NCBI RefSeq assembly: GCF_006345805.1
Contig: NC_043021.1
Span: 27,404,001 to 27,468,000 of the forward strand
Direction of reading: 5' to 3'
Length of the DNA: 64,000 nucleotides
From: Octopus sinensis
Taxonomy: Eukaryota
The position numbers and the translations under genes were made by a program. The notes beneath the pieces are model-generated. The model worked only from the letters and a program-made list of their open reading frames with translations. It was not told the DNA's origin and searched no databases. Shown here piece by piece: positions 55,199 to 64,000 of this stretch. Every line of letters starts with the position of its first letter. Position 1 is the first letter of the stretch.

Positions 55199-55637
55199 CA
55201 TATATATGTATATATGTATATATGTATGTGTGTATAGATATATATATATATGTTTGTGTGTATAGATATATTATATATGTTTGTGTGTATAGATATATTA
55301 TATACGTACTTCTGCCTTTCGGTTGTATATATATGTGTGTGTGTGTAGATGCCTGTGAGTGTGCGTGTATGTTTATGTTTATATGTACATCTATATATGT
55401 TTGTATACAGTAGATAAATCTCAATGAACAACTATGGAACACGTCCCTTCTCTTCCATTCTACACAAATCATTATTATCTGTTTTCAACATTCCAGCATC
55501 TTTTGTATGTCTTACATCACGCTGAATATTAACAAATTCCTTCTTATTTTCTTCCCGTATTGTTCGCAGTAGCGGAAATTAGAAGAAAATTTTTGCTCCA
55601 TTATTTACACACACGCACACGTTCACGCACACGCACG

Positions 55638-55692
<55 letters not shown>

Positions 55693-55752
55693 CACCACAC
55701 ACACATACACATATATATACGCACACATGCAAGCACACAGATACCGATATTT

Positions 55753-56179
55753 GGATCTTTTCGTTTTGAACAGCAGTTTTTTCTAGCAGTGTCATATGAA
55801 ATTGTCACCCATAATTATGACCCTAGTATCGATCTATTGCATTTCAATCTGTTTTAGGGTTAAAGTTAGAGTTAGGGTTAGGGGTGGGGGGAAGGGTATC
55901 TTTTTTCTTCAGAAATGTAAATAAACCCAATCTGTTTCTTAAACGAGGGACATATTCATACGCCACCGAATGTTTTCACCTCAATAGACGTCATTGATTA
56001 GTTGAAATTGCAGAAAATGAAGAAAAAGACCCCAAATATTTTACAGACTATAGAATTTTCTCAATAACGCCAAGAGAAAAAGATATTTTATAAGCACATT
56101 CTACCAGTATACGAAGTTTAAAAGTGTTTAGTTACGTGGAAATTATTTTTAAAAACTGCCGGTCAAACCGAAAAGATAC
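55753..56179. mobile_element. MITE copy 3
   Basis: Same TIRs; exact TSD cgatattt/cgatattt; internal ttagggttaaagttagagttagggttaggggtgggggg. Confidence 0.92.
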
Positions 56180-56479
56180 CGATATTTCTCTCTCTCATCT
56201 CTCAATCCCTTAACTCTCCCTTTATATGTTGTAGTTCGTGAGTGTGTGCATGTGTGTATGTATGTGTGCGTATGTGTGTATGCACACATATATATCTTTG
56301 TCTTTCACTAGTCTCAGCTAGAGAACGGCAGCCATGTGGAGGCACCGCCTTGAAAAATGTTAGTCGATCGAATCGATCTCAGTACTTCTGTTTTGAAAGC
56401 CAGGTAATTATTTTATCTTATTTTTTGCCGAACCGCTAAGTTACGGGGGACATAAACAAAACAATACCCAGTTCTATAT

Positions 56480-57640
56480 TTAAGAGATGAGGAATTATGT
56501 ACGTTATTTACATTATCTACATTTGACGGATATTTGTCCTCACCTTGTTTGTTGTCAAGACAACGTTTTGGCTGATATACACTCCAGCCTTCATCAGGTG
56601 CCTAAGGTATTTTTCGATGATATTATTATTGTTGTTGTTATTGTTGTTCAGGTCACTGCTTGGAATTGAACTCGGAATCGTGAGGTTAGTAGCCCGCGCT
56701 CTTAACCACTACGCCATATACCCGTGGGCAATTATGGAGTGAATTTTAAGGCTTATAAATCTAATATTTTTCTATCCTTACCTAATACCGGTTCCCATAT
56801 GCCACTAATATCTGCACTCTGCTTAGGTTGTTGTGTCCTAGCATGTGTGCTGCTTATTTTAGTTTTTGTATTTTCCAGTGGTCTTCTCTGTCTATTATTT
56901 TAACTTTATCCCACAGGGAGAGGTGCTCTCCATTTTTCCATACATGATCAGCTGTATCCGATTTATCATTATCTCCTCGTGTCACAGCTTTGCGATGTTT
57001 GTCTACCCTTATTTTGAGGGGGTGGCAATTTTCGCCTTTGTATAACCTACCGCAGCTGCATGGGATGGAGTACATGCAGTTCTTGGTCATATTCTCTTCT
57101 ATTGGTGGTTTTACTTGAAGGAGATATTTGCGAAGTGTTGTATTACTCTTGAATACTGTTCTGATGTCATATGGGCCACACATCTTTTCGGAGAGGCCTT
57201 TCACATAGGGTAGACACACTGTGGACAGTTTATTGGCCTCATCCTCCCTTTTCTTCCTAATTGGAGTGGATAGTCTACTTTTGGGGTAGTTGTTACTTAA
57301 CAGATCGTTATTGAGCTTGATCATTTCTTCGTGGTGTGTGTCACGATCGCTACTTATATTCTTTGCACGATGTTTTAGGCACTGAGAAATCCCTCTCTTT
57401 ACACTGAATCGATGGTGGCAATTGAGGTTGAGGTATCAACCAGTAATAATAACAACAACAATAATTACAATAACAACACTAATAATAATAACATCGAAAA
57501 ATACATTAGGAATGAGAACTCAGGTTCGAAATTTCCCCAAGACACATGAAGAAGGCTGGAGAGTATATCAGCCGAAACGTTGTGTTAACAACAAACAAGA
57601 TGGGGACAAATATCCGTCGAATGTAAATAATGTAAATAAT
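56480..57640 (-). mobile_element. 5'-truncated Penelope-like element (GIY-YIG endonuclease) with an inverted pLTR copy
   Basis: HRFSVKRGISQCLKHRAKNIS..NNYPKS..LPYVKGLSEK..CMYSIPCSCGRLYKGE..RVDKH..DHVW (56854-57420). The pLTR is on the minus strand at 56480-56640 and on the plus strand at 57430-57640. HHR motifs at 56557-56602 (G12A) and 57541-57586 (C3A). Confidence 0.92.
56648..56723 (-). other. tRNA-like segment (Pol III A and B boxes) inside the Penelope 3' region
   Basis: gggtatatggcgtagtggttaagagcgcgggctactaacctcacgattccgagttcaattcc: A box TGGCGTAGTGG, B box GAGTTCAATTCC, 7-nt loop CTACTAA with an imperfect anticodon stem. Confidence 0.7.
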
Positions 57641-57955
57641 GAAAACAATGCCCGTTGTTAAGCTTGTGGTTGCGAACAAACAGATACAAAGACACGCCCA
57701 AGCGCGCAAACACATACACATTCTCTCTCACACACACATATATGACGGCTTTCTTTCAGTTTCCGTCTACCAAACTCACCTCCAAGGCTTTGGTTGGCTC
57801 GAGGCTATAGTAGAAGACGGTTGCCCAAGGTGCCTCGCAAAAGGAACATTCATATCACATAGCCACGTCTGTGCATATATTTATATGCAACCATACATTC
57901 ATATATATATATATATATATATATATACTTTATTTAAAGCAGCAGAAAATTCAAC

Positions 57956-58003
57956 AAAACCTGTTACTCTGAGTTTCACGTTGCCGTTCATCAGACAGTT
58001 TTT
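57956..58003 (-). ncRNA. Canonical type I hammerhead ribozyme motif (mirror copy)
   Basis: Exact reverse complement of 58496-58543. Confidence 0.88.
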
Positions 58004-58130
58004 GCTAGAATAGAACCGATATGTCAATTCTATCCAGACTAGTATAAACGCTACACCTTTAAAAATGGACTTGTTTGATTGGTCCTTTACAAATAACGGT
58101 CAATTTTCGAGCGATAAACAAAAATGAGCT

Positions 58131-58178
<48 letters not shown>

Positions 58179-58495
58179 AAATTATAAAATTCGAGGAAAA
58201 AACCTTACATCGAATCTTTGGTTAAAATGCATATTGTCATTAATAAAGGTAATTATATTTCCTTTATTAATGACAATATGTATTTTAACCAAAGATTCAA
58301 TGTAAGGTTTTTTCCTCGAATTTTATAATTTTTTTCATATATATATATATATTTTTGAGCTCATTTTTGTTTATCGCTCGTGTGTGTGTGTGTGTGTGTG
58401 TGTTATTTGTAAAGGACCAATCAAACAAGTCCATTTTTAAAGGTGTAGCGTTTATACTAGTCTGGATAGAATTGACATATCGGTTCTATTCTAGC

Positions 58496-58543
58496 AAAAA
58501 CTGTCTGATGAACGGCAACGTGAAACTCAGAGTAACAGGTTTT
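58496..58543 (+). ncRNA. Canonical type I hammerhead ribozyme motif
   Basis: aaaaactgt-CTGATGA-ACG-gcaa-CGT-GAAA-CTC-a-GAG-TA-acag-g-tttt; GUA cleavage after 58534. Confidence 0.88.
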
Positions 58544-58654
58544 GTTGAATTTTCTGCTGCTTTAAATAAAGCATATTACTCTTCCACTGGTATTTGAGTA
58601 CTCTTTTTTCCACCTTGTTTCACATTTATGTGTTTACTCCGGTATATATATATG

Positions 58655-58980
58655 TGTCACCTTGGGCAAGTGTCTTCTGCTATAGCCTCGGGCCGACCAA
58701 AACCTTGTGAGTGGATTTGGTAGACGGAAACTGAAAGAAGCCCGTCGTATATATGTATATGTATATATATGTGTGTGTGTTTGTGTGTCTGTGTATGTTC
58801 CCCACCCCCAACATCGCTTGACAACAGATGCTGGTGTGTTTACGTCCCCGTAACTTAGCGGCTCGGCAAAAAGAGACCGATAGAATAAATACTAGGCTTA
58901 CAAAGAATAAGTCATGGGGTCGATTTCCTCGACCAAAGGCGGTGCTTCAGCATGGCCACAGTCAAACAAGTAAAGAGTAT
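58655..58980 (+). mobile_element. Family B SINE (head truncated)
   Basis: caccttgggcaagtgtcttctgctatagcctcgggccgacc...cagcatggccacagtcaaac. Confidence 0.85.
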
Positions 58981-59970
58981 ATATGTATGTGTGCGTGCGT
59001 GTGTGTGTGCGTGTATGTGTGCGTGTGTTTGGTTTTATGTTTCGTTATAATAAAAGAACCAAGACATAGACTCACACACACTTATATGGCTCTGTTGTCA
59101 AGTGATGTTTATGATTCTCAGGCAGCGTTTCCCTTCGATTTGCTTGTTGTCTGTGAATCGTTTACATCTTCGGCTTTCGCTGTTTTTCGTTGGCATTCAT
59201 TCTCGAAAGGCTGATTTGGCTCAGGTAGGGTGAAGCTAATCACCGATTGTCAGAACTCAAATGGTTTTAAAAATATTTATGAGCGTCAGAAGCAGTATTA
59301 ATCTCGAGACCTAATATCCATCCCCGCGTGGATGTTCTATTAAAGCATAGTGTACTCACCGTCCTCACCGTCAGGCAGTGGTAGTTTCTCTCATCGTATC
59401 TACCGCAACGGAACATCAACGTTTAAGTTGGTATAAATATATGGTTTGGAATAAAACGTTGGGTGAGAACTGAAAATACTGTTTATCATTGAACTCGGTG
59501 GCCCCGTGCCGTCAAAAATGACGGCTAATTGTCGTACTTTATATATAAATAAGGTACAAAACCAAGATTTTAGTTTAATAATCTTTTTATTACCATTTTT
59601 TTTTCTTTTGTGTGAAAAATCTCTCTGCAACTAACGTCCCTTGACTGCTTGTTTCCTTCAAAAGGATTTTAAAGTTTTCCTTCCTTGTACAACATAAAGT
59701 TGGCCGTGACTGAATACGGGATAGGATATGGATGGTAAATCAAATTAATACACTTGTCAATGTTATCGAGTGGTTGTCTTTTGAGATGTTACATCGATCA
59801 TCGTTTGTTACTGAAAGAACGCTGGTTCACGCATACGAACATTCACATATTCCCCTTGAACACGCACACGCATACACACATATACTCACACAGAGTTGAA
59901 ACGCTGTTTGATCTTTCTTTTCAGCGTTGAATGTTCACCATTCTACTTCCATTGCACACACACACACACA

Positions 59971-60032
<62 letters not shown>

Positions 60033-61825
60033 ATCATTCACATACCTTCCTTTTAATTACACACACACATACACAGAGTTGAAACGCTGTTTGATTTTTT
60101 CACCATAGAATTTCCATCATCCCACTACCAGTTTGCCATCACCCCTTCCATCCTTCCTTCCTTCTTCCCTTCCTTATTTATCTATCACCCCTTCCTTTCT
60201 CATTCATATGTTGTGACGAAGAAAAAATCCCCAGAAGATTATCATTATAGTAGATATGAAGTGACCAAAAATTACGTAATCATATTTATGACATTATTGT
60301 TGTTTCTGCCATAATAAGCTGAGTGCGTGTACAACACCTTATAGCAGAAACAGCTGTAAGACAATGAAGCCAATTTCGTAATTCCTGTCCTCTTGTCATT
60401 CAGTAATTAATATAATCTTTTCTAAAAGTGTGAGAGTCACTGATTCAGATTTTATTCACTGAAGCAAAAGTGGTTTGAACCTATCAGTGGCGCTGCTCAC
60501 GGTGTATAATAATAAATCTGTATTTATTCTTTGTTTTGTGCATAAAGCTGTAAATAGATACTAAAGAAAGAGTGTGGTGGTTGTGAAGTTTGAGTGATTT
60601 CTGAGACAACTGATGGCATGCATTAGAGCAACACGGGAAGTGCAGAATCGATCGGATCGGATGCATTAAAAGAACGACGCCTATTTTAAAGGAGCGATAA
60701 GGAAAGTTGGCACCAGAGAAATTGAGAAGAGAAAGAGCTGGAGGGGAGAGAGCGAAGAGGGGTGAGAAACAGTGTGTGTATAAGGGAGGGAGAGGGCACA
60801 GTGTATGAGAGAGAGAGGGGAAAACAAGAGTGCGAGAGAAAGACAGATGATGAGGGAGACAGAGTAAGATGTTGAAAGAGATGAACATCTTCGAATATTG
60901 GTTTCAAATTTCGGCACAGGGCCAGCAATTTCGAGGTAAAGTGATAAGTCGATTACATCGACCCCAGTGCTCAGCTGGTGCTTATTATTTTATCGAACAC
61001 CGAAACGATGAAATGCAAAGTCGACGGCGGTGAAATTTGAACTCAGAACGTAAAGACGAACGATATGTCGCTAAGCATTGTTACCGATTCTGCCATCTCG
61101 CACCCTTAACATCTTTAATTATTGTAATCTTTTTAAGCTCCTCTGATTACGTATCTCTAATGCTTGTAAATGGTTTATTATTAACTTGTAATAATTAACT
61201 AGCTGTCGTGTTAGATTCAAATGTTCTTTTTGTCGACGTGAATGTATCCTTTATTTACTGTATGAAAATGAACTACCTGTGAGGTTAACAAGTATGATAT
61301 GCAACCATGTGGTTCTGGGTTCGGTCTCATTACACGGTACTGTTCACAAATATCTTCTTCTTCGAATTGACTAATGCCTAATGAGTGAGATTTTGCAGAT
61401 GAAAATTCATAGTATATATCCTTTGTTTTATTCTTTTAACTGGTTTTATTTGAACTGCGGTCATGCTGCAGCATCACCTATTTATTTCGTGTTTACCTAA
61501 ACGTGTGTGTGTGTGTGTGTGTGTGTGTATTTTCATGCGCAGGCGCAAATAGCTGTGTGCACCCTGCCGTATTTATGCCTGTAGGAAAAGATCTGCTATC
61601 TTTTACTTGTTTCAGTCATTTGACTTCGACCATGCTGGGGCACTGCCTTGAAGGGTTATTGTAGAAACAATTCGACATCAGGACTTACTTTTTTGTAAGC
61701 AGAGTACTAATTCTATCGGTTATCTTTTTGTCGAAACGCTAAGTTACGGGAATGTAAACACACCAATACCTGTTGTCAAGCGATGGTGGAGGACAAACTC
61801 AGACACAAAGACTCACAACGCACGC

Positions 61826-61871
<46 letters not shown>

Positions 61872-62041
61872 CGGGCTTTTGCCAGTTTCAGTCTACCGAA
61901 TCGACACACAAGACTTTGGTTGACCCAAAGCTGTAGTAGAAAACACTTGCCCAAGTTGCCTCGCAGTGGGAATGAACCCGAACTATGTAGGTGGGGAACG
62001 AAGCGCACGGCTGTTAACACTTACCACTCGATAGACTATAT

Positions 62042-62270
62042 ATTTTTTTATTGCCCTTAAGGGGCTAAACACAGAGGGGACAAACAAGGACAGACAAAGG
62101 GATTAATTCGATTACATCGACCCCAGTGCGTAACTGGTACTTATTTAATCGATCCCGAAAAGATGAAAGGCAAAGTCAACCTCGGCGGAATTTGAACTCA
62201 GAACGTAACGGCAGACGAAATACCGCTGAGCGTTTCGCCCGGCGTGCTAACCATTCTGCCAGCGCGCCAC
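62042..62270 (-). mobile_element. Full-length family A SINE
   Basis: Reverse complement of the 33809-34042 type. Confidence 0.85.
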
Positions 62271-63214
62271 TTTAGAATATACTTCGATATAAATATCATA
62301 TCCATAAAAGGGAGGATGAGTGTGCGTGTGTGTAATTTATGCACGTCCACAGATTAGCACGCATCTCGCTCAAATTTTAGGAGGACATTCGTCAATATCC
62401 TACCTGGGTTTTGTCAACTTATTTTTTCCCCCGAGGCACCCGCGGATAGGGTAAAAATCTATTTTCAACCATTTTCAACCATAGCTTTTAACCATAACAA
62501 ATATCAGCCATTGCTTTTTGATGGCGTCTAACAAAAAAAAAGATAAAGAAAAGTGGAAGAAGAAGGCAGAGAGTTTCACGGGAAAGACAAAGTGCGAGAG
62601 GGAGAGAGAGAGAGAGAGAGTAAGTTATGATGTTCATAAAAAATAAAATGTAAAATGTTTTGTCTTTTGTTTTTGAAAGACACTATATTTTATTATCATA
62701 GTATGTATACTTTCTCACACAACAATTACAATATATTTGTTTTAAATCGTTCATCTTTCTCCCCCCTCTCTCTCACACACGTTACTTTGGGTGCGAAAGT
62801 GTTTTGTTTTTATTTTACGCCGAGTAAAATGGTGTTTTGTTGACAATCCATTTATTTAACAACAAAGAAACAAAGAGTTGAGTAACAATTGGTCAGTGAA
62901 TCACACACTATAAATGGGTACAATTTGCGAGGCTTCCACCACACCCCACTCCGTTTCACGGACCACAAAAAGGGTTTTGAGGCCAGAGTAGTTGATTCCA
63001 CGCAAAAAAAAACGATTTCTTTTCTTAGTGAAAATCGTGCGAGTGTTAGTGCACAAAACATGCAATAGGTGTACGTACGTGTGTGTATGTGTGTTCGTGT
63101 CTGTTGCCCATATATATTTATATTATATTATATATATATAATATATACTCTTTTACTTGTTTCAGTCATTTGACTGTGGCCATGCTGGAGCACCGCCTTT
63201 AGAAGTTAGTTTAC

Positions 63215-63355
63215 ATATATATATATAATATAACTAATTTCAACGGATTTCGCCCAAATTTTACGTCTATATTACATAGCTTGGTTTGAAATAAAGAACT
63301 TGATTAGCTTAATAATCGCAACTTAATCCCGGGCAAGACCGGGTTATACTGCTAG
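63215..63355 (+). mobile_element. Non-autonomous Helitron 3' terminus
   Basis: GC hairpin cccgg-gcaaga-ccggg (63328-63343), then CTAG (63352-63355) followed by T. The 5' TC end is uncertain. Confidence 0.6.
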
Positions 63356-64000
63356 TACTTCAATAGAATGAGTACCCTGTAGACGGACCTCCATCGTGGC
63401 CGCAGCCCAGTAAGTGAAATAATCGAAATAGTATGGAGAGTTGAAGCGTTTCTCTACTAAACATTGTCTTATTGATCCAATTTCTCGATCCACAAGGATG
63501 TTTCTTCAAATACGAACTAATAACCTAGTTTTGATTCCTAGTTCAAACCAATCTTTACTGGTACGTCTCTATCTCTTCCTTTATCTCACCCTTCCACTCA
63601 ATCTCCTCCTCTCTCTCTTTCTCTTGAATTTTGATGATACCAATCAACAGATTGTAACATGCGTACCATATTTAAAATTCTACATCTGTATCCTAATTAG
63701 CAAAGAGAAGCGCTTCTAATTCTATTTCGGCTAGTTGAGCATTTGTGCATATTAAATTACAATCTCTAAAGCTGATTTATCAGCTAAGTGTGATAAAAGA
63801 TTGCTAAATTCAATTACGGTTATATGAAGAGCAACAGCCTATAAGTGGCTTAGTTAATTATCGAAAATATGCCATTAATAATAAGTTTAACAGCAACATC
63901 TGGACCTTGGGTTACGTTTAGAAGAGTGCATTCCCCTACGAGCATAACTCCTTCTTACATGCCTGGAGGATCTTCGAAAGGGGTCATGGCTTAGGTATTT

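Larger units (their letters stand above)
57928..58571. mobile_element. 644-bp palindromic element with two outward-facing hammerheads
   Basis: Arms 57928-58249 and 58261-58571 are reverse complements apart from microsatellite length and a (TG)n replacement; 11-nt loop; (TA)n on the left. Confidence 0.95.

Overview
Repeat-saturated, AT-rich eukaryotic DNA with no host gene that I can confidently identify. The microsatellite load and the SINE families suggest an octopus or other coleoid cephalopod (inference from recalled repeat families). The main finding is that the first 4.8 kb is a tandem array of ~396-bp units, each carrying a type I hammerhead ribozyme (HHR) motif on the + strand with a palindromic helix III, which is a retrozyme-like ribozyme satellite. 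The rest of the window holds several distinct HHR-like families, many in fold-back elements next to (TA)n, and includes C3-G8, U3-A8 and G3-C8 core variants. It also contains three Penelope-like element fragments, a nearly intact Tx1/L1 ORF2 embedded in (ATCT)n, a second Tx1 fragment, two RTE 3' ends, two mariner deletion derivatives, three copies of an 8-bp-TSD MITE (two with TTAGGG tracts), Helitron-type ends, and many tRNA-derived SINEs (only representative copies are listed). Most short ORFs in the track are microsatellite translations. All RNA folds were read by eye and no activity is demonstrated.
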